From Macrostomum lignano (Eukaryota), in the NCBI GenBank assembly GCA_002269645.1, contig NIVC01000059.1:248001-312000 (forward strand): a stretch of 64,000 nucleotides of DNA, given 5' to 3'. Position numbers and translations under genes: made by a program. This document shows positions 1-16,656 of the stretch, in pieces (position 1 is the stretch's first letter; each line of letters begins with the position of its first letter). Below the pieces are notes generated by a model. It saw nothing but the letters and a program-made list of their open reading frames with translations, was not told the origin of the DNA and did not search any database.

Positions 1-557
1 GGAGTCGTCGTCGTAGCTGTCATCGTCGTTGAAAACGACGTCGTCCCGCCGACAGTTGATCCGGCGGAAGCGGCGGCGGCGGCGGCCGACGGGCACTCGC
101 CGGCGTAATTCCACAGCAGCAGGGGGCCGCAGCCGTCCAAGAAGCTGACGGTGCCGTGACTGTACGGCAGAAAGGCCAGGCAGCGGGGCTGCAGCTGCGG
201 CGGCAGCTCCGGCTTGGAGATCTGCGCCACCGCAGTTTGTCGACGGACGTTCCACACTAGCAGCATGGGATCGGCGCTCGCCGAAGCGAACAGATCGGAG
301 TCGGCGGGGTGCCAAGCCAGCGAGGTGATGGTTTTCCGGTGCCTCGACATCACCGCCACGAGTTGGTGCGGCCCGTCGGTTGAAGAAGCGCCGCCGGACT
401 TCTCGTAGACGTAGACGGCAAGGGTGGCGGCAAAGGCGAACCGGCTGGCGTCCGGGGAGCAGGCCAGAGTGTCCGAGTTCCAGGGCTGGCAGCCGGCCTC
501 GAGCAGGGCGAGCTGGCGCACCTGGCAGGGCATGGCATAGGGGAAGACGCTGTGCAT
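1..557 (-). CDS. WDR17: WD repeat-containing protein 17, first coding exon (partial, continues off the left edge)
   Basis: Manual translation of the minus strand from ATG 557 (or in-frame ATG 533): MHSVFPYAMPCQVRQLALLEAGCQPWNSDTLACSPDASRFAFAATLAVYVYEK...VMSRHRKTITSLAWHPADSDLFASASADPMLLVWNV. This matches the recalled WDR17 N-terminus (QVRQVGLLAAGCQPWN...FAYCATLAIYIY...MSEHKKTITAISW). No stop before the edge; missed by the ORF track. Confidence 0.88.
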   Translation of the reverse strand, partial: MHSVFPYAMPCQVRQLALLEAGCQPWNSDTLACSPDASRFAFAATLAVYVYEKSGGASSTDGPHQLVAVMSRHRKTITSLAWHPADSDLFASASADPMLLVWNVRRQTAVAQISKPELPPQLQPRCLAFLPYSHGTVSFLDGCGPLLLWNYAGECPSAAAAAASAGSTVGGTTSFSTTMTATTTT

Positions 558-1361
558 CCTAGTGACCTGGTGCAACGAGCAGTGACTGAGCGAGAGCTGA
601 GAGAGACTGAATAAACCCAGCTCGCTTTTTTAGTTCAGGGCCTTGCTCTAGCTTCCCCCCCCCCCAAGGGAGGGAGGCGGTAGGTGGACGAAAGCTCATC
701 TTTCTCAAATCCAGTCCAAGGCCAATCAAAGCCTCGAAAATTCGAGGCTGACGGAGAGGGAGAGAGCGAGAGTTGGAAGGCCGGGACAGGGACTTATCGA
801 ACAGATTAATCAAGAAGAGACAGACGGACAGGCGAGGGAGATGCGGGCGGACAGGGCGGGATGGGAGAATTGGCCGTTGCTAGGGGCAACGCAGGCTTTT
901 AGAGATAGGGAATACCCGAGAACTGTGGAGCTAGGACCCGAGAGTAAGTTTTGGAGGAAGGGTTGATTCGAATTGAGCAAACTCAATTAGTCCTCTCGAA
1001 TGACCGAATGTTTATCTGATTTTCAACTCCGACCGGGTTGCAACCGCACGCTTGTTGCTTGTCGCCATAGCGACGGCAGTTTCTACCCAAACCTGTCGCT
1101 CTCAACATGCAGGTTCCTGTTTGCAGCACTTGTATCCGGGACTAGTTCTATCGATCTTCATTCTGCCGTGGAATAAGTGGGCTTCAAATCTTGTTCAGAT
1201 CCTGCACTGCCACTCTCTCAGTCCTCTCATCCTGTTGCTCAATTTGCGTGCGAATAGCATCGAGGATAAAGGCTTAAGCCGCTGAATATGCTGCCTCAAT
1301 AGAGCTTTGAAATTTTTAATCCGTATATGAGCTCGAATGCATGTATTTCTCATTTCTTGTC

Positions 1362-1973
1362 TTCTCTCCTCTCCTCTCCTCTCCTCTCCTCTCCTCTCCT
1401 CTCCTCTCCTCTCCTCTCCTCTCCTCTCCTCTCCTCTCCTCTCCTCTCCTCTCCTCTCCTCTCCTCTCCTCTCCTCTCCTCTCCTCTCCTCTCCTCTCCT
1501 CTCCTCTCCTCTCCTCTCCTCTCCTCTCCTCTCCTCTCCTCTCCTCTCCTCTCCTCTCCTCTCCTCTCCTCTCCTCTCCTCTCCTCTCCTCTCCTCTCCT
1601 CTCCTCTCCTCTCCTCTCCTCTCCTCTCCTCTCCTCTCCTCCTCTCTCTCCTCTCCTCTTCTCTCCTCTCCTCTCCTCTCCTCTCCTCTCCTCTCCTCTC
1701 CTCTCCTCTCCTCTCCTCTCCACTCCTCTCCTCTCCTCTCCTCTTTCCTCTCCTCTCCTCTCCTCTCCTCTCCTCTCCTCTCCTCTCCTCTCCTCTCCTC
1801 TCCTCTCCTCTCCTCTCCTCTCCTCTCCTCTCCTCTCCTCTCTCTCCTCTCCTCTCCTCTCCTCTCCTCTCCTCTCCTCTCCTCTTCTTTCCTCTCCTCT
1901 CCTCTCCTCTCCTCTCCTCTCCTCTTCTCTCCTCTCCTCTCCTCTCCTCTCCTTTCCTCTCCTCTCCTCTCCT
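1362..1973. repeat. (CTCCT)n pentanucleotide microsatellite
   Basis: About 600 bp of nearly pure CTCCT; source of the LLSSP/EERRG ORFs. Confidence 0.97.
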
Positions 1974-2540
1974 ATTGGATAGAATGCTAATTTTTTGTCT
2001 CCCAGTCTTTCTTTTATCAACTCCGCACCTGATGCTCCATGCTGTACCACCTGCTTCTGCGCGGCCCAGCTGGCAGTCGCAATAGACCCTTAAAAAGCCC
2101 AATTTGCATCTTATTGCTGAGTCCCAGTGATGGGGCTCCGTAAAGGATGATGAAGCTGTGCTCTTGCTTCGATCAAGGAGAAGAAGCAGGCAAAGAGCTG
2201 ACACGGCCGCTGGGACGCCAGCTCCCACGGCACCCCCTCTTGCTCGAGCTCTCGCTGTACTCCCTCTTCCCTGAATAAATCTCACAGCGCAGGCCTCATT
2301 AGGCGCTGAAAAGCGCTGCAATGAGTGACGCAAACAAGATGGAGAGAGAGAGGAAACTGGTTAGCGTTGGGTTCACCTCTCCTTCTGGCTCGGGCGTTAT
2401 GCGAGGCTTCGATGAAGATGCAGGATGTGGGAGGCTGGATAGGAGATGAAGTTGAGTGCCGCGACTGAGCGGATTAGGGCCCGCCTCCCCGTTTTTATTA
2501 TACTATTTGGGGCTCTGGCTCTTATCAGCCATGCGCATCA

Positions 2541-3277
2541 TGCTCCCCATTCCTCCCTCTCTTCTCTTCCCTCTCCCTCTTCTCCCCTCTCTCCCATCTC
2601 TTCTCCTTTTCTCTCTCCTGTCCTCTCTCCCATATTTACTCCTCTCCTCCCCTCTCTGCCATCTTTTCTCTTCCTCCTCTCCTCTCTCAGATCCTCTCTC
2701 CTCTCTTCTCTCAGATCTTTCTCTCTCCTCTCCTCTCTCAGATCTTCTCTCCTCTCCTCTCTCAGATCTTCTCTCCCTCCTCTCCTCTCTCAGATCTTCT
2801 CTCCTCTCCTCTCTCAGATCTTCTCTCTCTCCTCTCCTCTCTCAGATCTTTCTCTCTCCTCTCCTCTCTCAGATCTTCTCTCCTCTCCTCTCTCAGATCT
2901 TTCTCTCAGATCTTTCTCTCTCCTCTCTCAGATCTTTCTCTCTCCTCTCCTCTCTCAGATCTTTCTCTCTCCTCTCCTCTCTCAGATCTTTCTCTCTCCT
3001 CTCCTCTCTCAGATCTTTCTCTCTCCTCTCCTCTCTCAGATCTTCTCTCTCTCCTCTCCTCTCTCAGATCTTTCTCTCTCCTCTCCTCTCTCAGATCTTT
3101 CTCTCTCCTCTCCTCTCTCAGATCTTTCTCTCTCCTCTCCTCTCTCAGATCTTCTCTCTCTCCTCTCCTCTCTCAGATCTTTCTCTCTCCTCTCCTCTCT
3201 CAGATCTTTCTCTCTCCTCTCCTCTCTCAGATCTTTCTCTCTCCTCTCCTCTCTCAGATCTTCTCTCTCTCCTCTCC
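2541..3277. repeat. CT-rich compound minisatellite with recurring CTCTCAGATC core
   Basis: Polypyrimidine tract with CTCTCTCAGATCTT recurring every ~20-30 bp from ~2685. Confidence 0.9.
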
Positions 3278-4407
3278 ACAATAAATAGCTGTGGCATAAA
3301 AGCGGCAGAGATACAGTAACATGCTTTTAATGTTCTAACTTGCAATAAATCAAGTAATAGGATAAAAAAGTAGTGCGATGAGATGGAGGGGAAGGGGTGA
3401 TGAAGGGGGGGCAGCTGAGAAAAGAGCCAACAAAGTGGCATGCTCGATCAATCAAGTGGTCGCACTCAGTCTGATAGAATCAACTAGCTAAATCCAACAC
3501 AAGCCGCAGAGGACGGGAGCTAAAACCCTGTCTCATAATTTGCTGTCTCGTGTTACAGTTGCCTAAGTTAATTTCAAAGTCAGTTTTTTTATACACGAGC
3601 TACAGCGGGGTTATGACGCTGAGTTGGCAGAACTATTCTATTAATCGCAGCCTTTCTATGTGCTGTGGATTTAGTTTTGGTTATCGGCCACAGCGGACTT
3701 GTCTATGTCTATGACCGCGCTGTACGTTAAATAAGATTTATGTGTAAAGAGGAAAAGCTGGTAAGAAAGTCAAAATAAAAAATATAAAGTAACTGTGGGA
3801 GCAAAGACTCTCGAAAGAACCACAACATAACACTATGAAAGCATCTTAGAGAAATATACAAGTAAATTGTCTCTTCATGTTTTTCTCATCAATATCTTAG
3901 CTACGCTACTTCAAGGCGTATAATAAGCAAGCTATTAATGAAATGCAATGTTACTACTCTTCCGATAATAAAAAAACAGTTGTGAAAATTTAAACTGTCC
4001 TTTCGTGTCCTTCTGCAGTACTTCTGCTCAGCTTCTTAGCATCCCGTTTGTCCCTTTGATTCAAAAATCTAGTGCAGATCTAGAAGATTCAAAGATTCAG
4101 AAGGGTGCCTTCAAAGAGTCTTCCATTCAATGATGCCAATTTATCCAATTTATCGGATTAAAAGACCGATTTTTAACCGCCCCGTCTGTCCGGCGGTAAA
4201 TCTTCAGACTTATCTAATTCTAATATTTTTTCGTCCAGCCAGGAGTATCGGAGTAGAATGTTATTTTTGAATGACGGCCAGATGACTGATAGAGAAGTCT
4301 AGAAAGTTACAAAGCAATGTGAGATTGTAAAACTGATCGAATTTCAGGCTGGTCAGCCAATCAGAGAGGGCCATTATGCCAAATATTACTGCCATCTCTA
4401 GCGGCAG

Positions 4408-4704
4408 ACAGACGGACCCTCAGACAGACACTGAGACAGACCCTCAGACAGACCCTCAGACAGACCCTCAGACAGACCCTCAGACAGACACTGAGACAGA
4501 ACCTCAGACAGACCCTCAGACAGACACTGAGACAGACCCTCAGACAGACCCTCAGACAGACCCTCAGACAGACCATCAGACAGACCCTCAGACAGACACT
4601 GAGACAGCCCCTCAGACAGACCCTCAGACAGCCCCTCAGACAGACCCTCAGACAGACACTGAGACAGACCCTCAGACAGACCCTCAGACAGACCCTCGGA
4701 CAGA
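4408..4704. repeat. 12-bp minisatellite (CAGACAGACCCT)n just upstream of the opsin ATG
   Basis: Direct inspection; variant unit CAGACAGACACTGA. Confidence 0.93.
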
Positions 4705-4760
4705 TAACTGATACAAACACTGAGACAGACATTTAACAAAAAGCAGCCAATCGAGTTTTC

Positions 4761-8728
<3,968 letters not shown>

Positions 8729-9324
8729 TTTTGATTGTTCTTATGGAGAATTTCGTGTTGTTTTTGTTTTCTACGGCAGTTGAAAAAATTGTAATCAGTA
8801 GGTGATGAGGCTTAATTTACTTTGAATTTCAAACCCTACTACACTGCCCTGTAGATTCAAGTGTGCACTTTATGCTATTCAAAATTTAGTAATAAAAATT
8901 TCGCACACACTTTTTTGTGTAGACTACTTATAGTAAGTTATGTGCAAGTAGTCGTTAAAATTTGATATATTAATTTCGAAAAAGAGATGGATAACTTTTT
9001 TAAGCGGTGAAGTATCGCTATTTCAGGCGCCACGGGGACTTTAGCTGTCCTTGGCTTCAGCTGTCCCTGGCTTTGATCGCAATACAAGTAATTGAACTGA
9101 GCAAATACCCGAAAGACTTTTTAATGCAGTTTGCTCAAACGAACTCCCAACGTTTGAGATGGATCTCGGCAAAACTTTTCCGGTTTTTTAAAAAGATTTA
9201 TTAAATTTGATTGTTTCGAATTTCCTGTACGTTTTAAGCTTGCATGCACGATTAAACAGTTGAGGCGTGAGTCGCATTTATGATTTTCTATATTTCAGCA
9301 ACTGAGAAGGGAGACGCTGCGCAG

Positions 9325-9891
9325 TCAGTAGATGTCGCAGGAGCAATAGTTCCACAGCTGCTGTACGCTGCAAGAACTCACGCAGCAGTCGCAGCCAATG
9401 TCGCTTCTGGTCGGCCGGATTCGCCACACCTGGCTCCGGTCCATGCTCTGCAGCTTCTTTACTTCGGCATCACTGATGAGCTTGTGATGCTGCCGCTGCT
9501 GCCGCTGCTGCTGCCGCTGCTGCTGCCGCTGCTGCTGCCGCTGCTGCTGCTGCCCCCGCTTGACCAGCATGTGGTCAACTCGACACTCGGTGAAGTTGAA
9601 GTGCCGGAAGTCGCCAGTGTTCAACTGGGGCAGCAGATCCGGCCGGTGCTTCACAACTCGCATCGCGCGGCAGTACCAGCAGCAGGCGCCCTCCCACAGG
9701 TAGTACAGGCGACGGCCGCAGACCCCCAGCCGCTTCTGGCTGGCCGGGATCGGCACCCCATTGCAGAAATCGGCGCCGCTTGAAGAGATCATAGCTCTCT
9801 GCGGCCCGGGCACAGACTCGCAGCCTACTGCTAGTAGTACGGTAATGAATAGGACTACGGATGAAGCAACGATTAGTTGACAGCCAGTCAT
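9325..9891 (-). CDS. Insulin-related peptide precursor (molluscan-insulin-type), 188 aa, single coding exon
   Basis: From ATG 9891: hydrophobic signal peptide (MTGCQLIVASSVVLFITVLLAVGCES), B chain CGRRLYYLWEGAC (C-x11-C), basic sites (KR, KR, KK, TR), A chain CDCCVSSCSVQQLWNYC (CC-x3-C-x8-C plus an upstream extra Cys). Confidence 0.92.
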   Translation of the reverse strand: MTGCQLIVASSVVLFITVLLAVGCESVPGPQRAMISSSGADFCNGVPIPASQKRLGVCGRRLYYLWEGACCWYCRAMRVVKHRPDLLPQLNTGDFRHFNFTECRVDHMLVKRGQQQQRQQQRQQQRQQQRQQRQHHKLISDAEVKKLQSMDRSQVWRIRPTRSDIGCDCCVSSCSVQQLWNYCSCDIY

Positions 9892-9910
9892 GATGTCGAT
9901 TGCTAGGAGG

Positions 9911-10085
9911 CTGGAAGAGAAATTATGTTGAAAAGAATGGATGAATGAATGATTCAATGAATTATCAGGAAAAGCGGCAATTATTTAAAATTTTAATTTT
10001 GGGAATAGCTCACCGGATTAGTGACGGATTAGCGAGCAAAGCTGCAGTGTCGCATCTCGTCCAGAACTGGCATCGGCGCTTTATA
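9911..10085 (-). promoter_or_regulatory. TATA box and 5'-UTR intron of the insulin-like gene
   Basis: Minus strand: TATAAA at 10085-10080; donor CCG|GTGAGC at 10013; acceptor TCTCTTCCAG| at 9911, 19 nt before the ATG. A 5'-UTR intron is typical of insulin-family genes. Confidence 0.6.
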
Positions 10086-10222
10086 GGGGCAGAGAGCTCG
10101 GGAAATGTATCGAAACTGCTGTCTGTCTGCCATCCGCCTCTGCCGCTTCTCTGCCGGTGAAGGACAGCGAATAAAAAATGATTTGGGGCACTGTTGGGGC
10201 ACTGTTTGGGGCGCTGAGGCAT

Positions 10223-10737
<515 letters not shown>

Positions 10738-11889
10738 CTGATATTTCCGGTATTGGCCTGGACTCTTCAGACGATCGGGTAGAGGTCGGGGTTAGATCGA
10801 GTAGCCCTGTGTCACAGCTGGGCATCTCAGCGCCGTTAAGTGCATTTTCATACACGTACATGTCGAGCTATTTTCGGCTGAAAATGGTGGGCACAGATGG
10901 TCATCAATCAGAAATGCGTGGGATCGAATGTCAACTGTAGTCAAACGACACTAATCCATGTCGAAGAATCGACGCATTAAAAGTATCGGCAATCCTAGAA
11001 GGGATCGTAAATCTTCAACGACTGTTTGCAGGTATGGTTTGTTAGGTCTCAGAACTAAAAAGTCTCACCTGTTGGACTTTCAGTATATATTTAATCCTCA
11101 TACTTGCTATTGATTGAAGACTGAATATAAACATTTATTGCTAATTGATAAATTTATGAAATTACTATTAAAGGAATTTGCTTTCTACTTACAAACGGAA
11201 TATTTTTAATTTTTCTGAGATTGAAAACGGAGAAACCACAACCAAAAAACCCCAACCGGGAAATCCAAACTCGGAAAGCCCAACAGGGAAAGCCCAACCG
11301 GCAAATCCCAACCGGAAAACCCCAATTGGGAAAATCAAACCGGGAACCTCCCACCAGACAACAACCAGATACCTTGATGCTCTAGTCGACAATGACCATC
11401 AATGTCATTGGTCTATGGTATTCCCATTAATTTTGAAGACAGTACGTGGTACATGCAAGCACTTCTCAACGAACGAATATCCCGCGTGTTACAAATCTAT
11501 TCAGAGACGCGGCAGCATGCGTCATGGCAAGCTCGCACTGATTGGTAGTGATTTATTCATTCATAAATTTCATTATAATATTACGCACAAGTGCAACTGC
11601 AGAAAACTGGAACAGCTCTCTCGACACCACCCCAAGACATCGTGAGAGATCGTTGCACAGCTCTCGATTCAATAATTGCAATTCTCAAGGTTATCTTGAG
11701 TAGACGAAATGGCAGTCTTGGGTATTTGGAATAATTTAATTGCAGATTTGCCTGTCGATAATCAAATGAGACCGCGAGACCGCTACAAACCTGAGCGTGC
11801 ACTTCTGTCCTCATTCAGGAAGGATATGATATGGGAGTACGCGTGCCTTTGTCCCAGATCAAGAGTACCCGGTCTCATTGGTGTCTAAG

Positions 11890-12615
11890 CGACTCAAGTC
11901 TCAATGGATGTTGAAGCAACTCAGTCTCATTGATTCCTAAGTGACTCAGTCTCACTGATGTTGAAGCAACTCAGTCTCATTGATTCCTAAGTGACTCAGT
12001 CTCACTGATGTTGAAGCAACTCAGTCTCATTGATTCCTAAGTGACTCAGTCTCACTGATGTTGAAGTGACTCAGTCTAATGGATTCCTAAGTGATCCTCA
12101 GTCTCACATCACTATGTTGAAGTGACTCAGTCTCACTGATGTTGAAGTGACTCAGTCTCACTGGATGTTGAAGTGACTCAGTCTCACTGGATGTTGAAGT
12201 GACTCAGTCTCACTGATGTTGAAGTGACTCAGTCTCACTGGATGTTGAAGTGACTCAGTCTCACTGATGTTGAAGTGACTCAGTCTCACTGATGTTGAAG
12301 TGACTCAGTCTCACTGATGTTGAAGTGACTCAGTCTCTGATGTTGAAGTGACTCAGTCTCAATGATGTTGAAGTGACTCAGTCTCACTGATGTTAAAGTG
12401 ACTCAGTCTCAATGATGTTGAAGTGACTCAGTCTCACTGATGTTAAAGTGACTCAGTCTCACTGGATGTCGATGTGACTCAGTCTCACTGATGTTGAAGG
12501 GACTCAGTCTCACTGGATGTTAAAGTGACTCAGTCTCACTGATGTTGAAGGGACTCAGTCTCACTGGATGTTAAAGTGACTCAGTCTCACTGATGTTGAA
12601 GTGACTCAGTCTCAG
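11890..12615. repeat. 25-bp minisatellite (GTGACTCAGTCTCACTGATGTTGAA)n, copy 1
   Basis: Roughly 27 units, most containing TGACTCA. Confidence 0.93.
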
Positions 12616-13091
12616 TCATGCATAAGTGACTCTTTTACAATGACTACAGACGATTATTAAAACCTATAAGTAAAATATGTAAAATTTTACTAAGGCATTT
12701 GGCAAGAGCGTTTTGGCAAAACCAAATAATCGAGGAAGAAACTTGAAAGCCACTTGTCATCTTCATGCTAAACATTTTTATTGCAATTCATAAGGAAAGA
12801 CAGATTATTGAAAATATAAACTTGTATTACTTCTTTATTTATAGAAGTAAATTTTCATCGACACACAGAAACGCATAAGTCTACTTGTTTAGTAGTAAAA
12901 TCAGCATTTTAAGCATTTTTCTTAACTGAAAATGGAATTTTTTACGAAGTCTCGTAATTTATTATTTTCAGCTGTTCCTGTCTCTTTAGTATATTTTTCC
13001 GCAACTGAATTTGTCTATGGCAAAAACCCATTCCATAGCTATAAAAACGCAGATAAAACAGTTTTAAACGCAACTAACACGCAGATTTGAT

Positions 13092-15289
13092 CTAATCCCT
13101 TTTCAAGCCCAAGCCGCGACAGGACAGCACGCAGTTGCCCTCTCCATCGCCGTCCGTCTTCCCCGGCTTAGTAGTATCTTCGCTAACAGAGAATTTCACT
13201 CCTGTCAACATCTCGGCCACGTGTACAGCTGTGCGAGTGTGCAGGGTGAGCGGCCCGACACGAATAGCGGATTCGCCTTCGGCTAAAGCCATGAATATCA
13301 CTAGCTGGTCCTGTTGTTGTTGTTGTGTTGTGCAATCAATTAAGGAAGCTTTTCAAATTCGGCAAGTTTTTTACCGTACTACTGAAAGTAAAAGGGTCAT
13401 GCCCATTTTATTGACCCCTCGGAACGCCCGACGAAAATGGTACCCATAGGGCAAGAAGCGCCCCAGAATCACAATTGCATCATCCCAGTTTTTTCTGGGC
13501 AGATCTGCTGTCTCCTCTGGCTGTCTCCCTGCCCTTGTGTCTCGGCTCTCATCCTGACAGTGGACTGGAGTCCTGGGGTTGATGTTCGTCCCGAATCGGG
13601 GATACCGGCTGAGTCCGAGGCCTCTTGCTCCTTGTGCCCCTTCCCGACCCTTGGCCTGGCCTCCAATATAGAGCTGGATAGGCGATACCCTTGGGCTTGC
13701 AGCCCTATAGGTTTTCTGGTGGCCTGATAGGAGTCTCGCCCTCGGAAACAAGCCTTCCAGACTCACTCCAAAATGAAGCCATTTCCGAGACTTCGGGGTC
13801 TCCCCGCTCTCGGACCGCTTTCAGTAGTATTCCAAGTTTTTTCCAATTCTTTTTTCGCGCACTCACGGGACTTGTCTGCTGGGGTTGGCGGTGTCTTAGT
13901 CCATAGGTTTGGGTTGGCAGATTCCCCTGGCCCAGACGTCAGGGTCCAATCTCGGGGTATCTCGGGCTATATGCCCCTGGCAGTGCTCCTCGGCGGCAGA
14001 CTTAACAGCCGCCTCTCCGTCGCATTTGAAATCGTTTGAGTCGTTAAAAAAGTCACAAGAGTTGCTACAGAGCCAGGTGCAAGCTCTCTGTGCCTTGGGG
14101 ACTGGCTGAGAGTCATAACCCCAAAATTACCTGAGTATGCACATCAATGCAGACTCCGCGTTTCACATCGGCCAGCAGCTGATTGACAGCTTCGGCGGCA
14201 ACGTCGTGCGCTGGTACACCGCGCCGGCCGATGGCGTTGGCGCCCAGCAGGCAGCCGGTGGAGCTGTGAGCAGTCAGCGAGATCCCGCAACCGTTGCCGA
14301 CGCTCTGCGACGATTTGTCGACAACGATATCGACGGAGAATGCCGTCGGATCCGTGTTGGATCCGAGTGCAGTCAGCAGCAGTTGGCGGGCTGCTGAGGC
14401 CATCTGAGTTGAAGATGCAAGTTAGAGCAGGGAGATAGCTGAGGAAAAATATTTGTCCGGGCTTTTGCCTACTTACAGTAGGAGTAAATGAAAATTGATA
14501 TCTTTTTTCGATTGTTCAACTAGTGTGAAAATGCTATAGAAATTTATAAACTAGAAAACTTTAACCTGGGTTAATAACCCGGACCAGCACTTTAACAGAT
14601 GCTTCGAAATAGATGATGGGATCTCTAATTAGGGATTAATCACCTGCTGTATGATGGTATCCCTAATTAGGGACCAATCACCTGCATGATGGTATCTCTA
14701 ATTAGGGATTAATCACCAGCTGCATGAAGGGATCTCTAATTAGGGACCAATCACCTGCATGATGGTATCTCTAATTAGGGATTAATCACCAGCTGCATGA
14801 AGGAATCTCTAATTAGGGACCAATCACCTGCATGATGGGATCTCTAATTAGGGATTAATAACTGGATTAATTAAAAAATCCCGAAACGCGCGCCCTAATC
14901 CTCAACCTGCTGAGCTACTCGAGCTGGAATCGCGCCGCAGGCGTGAGCAACTCCGGTCACGCGGACCAGCTGGCCGGGGTCCAGCAGGCGTATTGGCGCT
15001 AACGGCGCTCCCCTGGGCGCCGGGGTGACTTCAAGCGCCAGCTGGCCGCCGCCACGCGGATAGAAGCCGCGTCGGGCCAGGCTCAGGCGAAACCGAAGGC
15101 CCAGCGTGGACTCGAGCAGCGGCGCCAGGGTGCCGGTGAAGTGCTCCGCCGGCGGTGCGAAATCCACATTGGTGCCGCCGCGGAGGCTCAGTAGAGACGG
15201 CGAGTCGGCGAAGGCGAGCACCGGGAGGGCGGCTTGGACAAGAAGGCAGACGCTGCCAGCGGTGCCAATGTCTTCGGAGTAGTCCCCAC
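13092..15289 (-). pseudogene. RTCA: 5'-truncated duplicate of RTCA (exons 3-5 only)
   Basis: Exons 14907-15289, 14131-14403, 13092-13310 match the full copy; exons 1-2 and the start codon are absent upstream of this copy. It may instead be an assembly artefact. Confidence 0.75.
14615..14860. repeat. ~36-38-bp minisatellite with CTCTAATTAGGG/CCCTAATTAGGG core in RTCA intron 3 (second copy 19383-19628)
   Basis: About 7 units of CTCTAATTAGGGA(T/C)(T/C)AATCACC(A)GCTGCATGA. Confidence 0.85.
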
Positions 15290-15317
15290 CTACATGTAGA
15301 TGGTTGGGTAGATAGAT

Positions 15318-15404
<87 letters not shown>

Positions 15405-15447
15405 CTAAGACAGACAGACACTAAGACAGACAGACAGACACACACAC

Positions 15448-15478
<31 letters not shown>

Positions 15479-16656
15479 CTAAGACAGACAGACAGCAGAC
15501 AGGCTGATATTTCCGGTATTGGCCTGGACTCTTCAGACGATCGGGTAGAGGTCGGGGTTAGATCGAGTAGCCCTGTGTCACAGCTGGGCATCTCAGCGCC
15601 GTTAAGTGCATTTTCATACACGTACATGTCGAGCTATTTTCGGCTGAAAATGGTGGGCACAGATGGTCATCAATCAGAAATGCGTGGGATCGAATGTCAA
15701 CTGTAGTCAAACGACACTAATCCATGTCGAAGAATCGACGCATTAAAAGTATCGGCAATCCTAGAAGGGATCGTAAATCTTCAACGACTGTTTGCAGGTA
15801 TGGTTTGTTAGGTCTCAGAACTAAAAAGTCTCACCTGTTGGACTTTCAGTATATATTTAATCCTCATACTTGCTATTGATTGAAGACTGAATATAAACAT
15901 TTATTGCTAATTGATAAATTTATGAAATTACTATTAAAGGAATTTGCTTTCTACTTACAAACGGAATATTTTTAATTTTTCTGAGATTGAAAACGGAGAA
16001 ACCACAACCAAAAAACCCCAACCGGGAAATCCAAACTCGGAAAGCCCAACAGGGAAAGCCCAACCGGCAAATCCCAACCGGAAAACCCCAATTGGGAAAA
16101 TCAAACCGGGAACCTCCCACCAGACAACAACCAGATACCTTGATGCTCTAGTCGACAATGACCATCAATGTCATTGGTCTATGGTATTCCCATTAATTTT
16201 GAAGACAGTACGTGGTACATGCAAGCACTTCTCAACGAACGAATATCCCGCGTGTTACAAATCTATTCAGAGACGCGGCAGCATGCGTCATGGCAAGCTC
16301 GCACTGATTGGTAGTGATTTATTCATTCATAAATTTCATTATAATATTACGCACAAGTGCAACTGCAGAAAACTGGAACAGCTCTCTCGACACCACCCCC
16401 AAGACATCGTGAGAGATCGTTGCACAGCTCTCGATTCAATAATTGCAATTCTCAAGGTTATCTTGAGTAGACGAAATGGCAGTCTTGGGTATTTGGAATA
16501 ATTTAATTGCAGATTTGCCTGTCGATAATCAAATGAGACCGCGAGACCGCTACAAACCTGAGCGTGCACTTCTGTCCTCATTCAGGAAGGATATGATATG
16601 GGAGTACGCGTGCCTTTGTCCCAGATCAAGAGTACCCGGTCTCATTGGTGTCTAAG

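Noticed and set aside
1316-3441. Long ORFs of EERRG, LLSSP and SDLS repeats
   Set aside because: They are translations of CT microsatellites, open in several frames on both strands, with no unique domain.
9325-9957. 210-aa ORF start for the insulin precursor
   Set aside because: The upstream ATG (9957) falls in the predicted 5'-UTR intron; ATG 9891 directly precedes the signal peptide.
11230-11350. NF-kB-like GGGAAATCC words in a degenerate repeat (also 34500-34660)
   Set aside because: Imperfect matches inside low-complexity A/C/G-run repeats, with no independent support.
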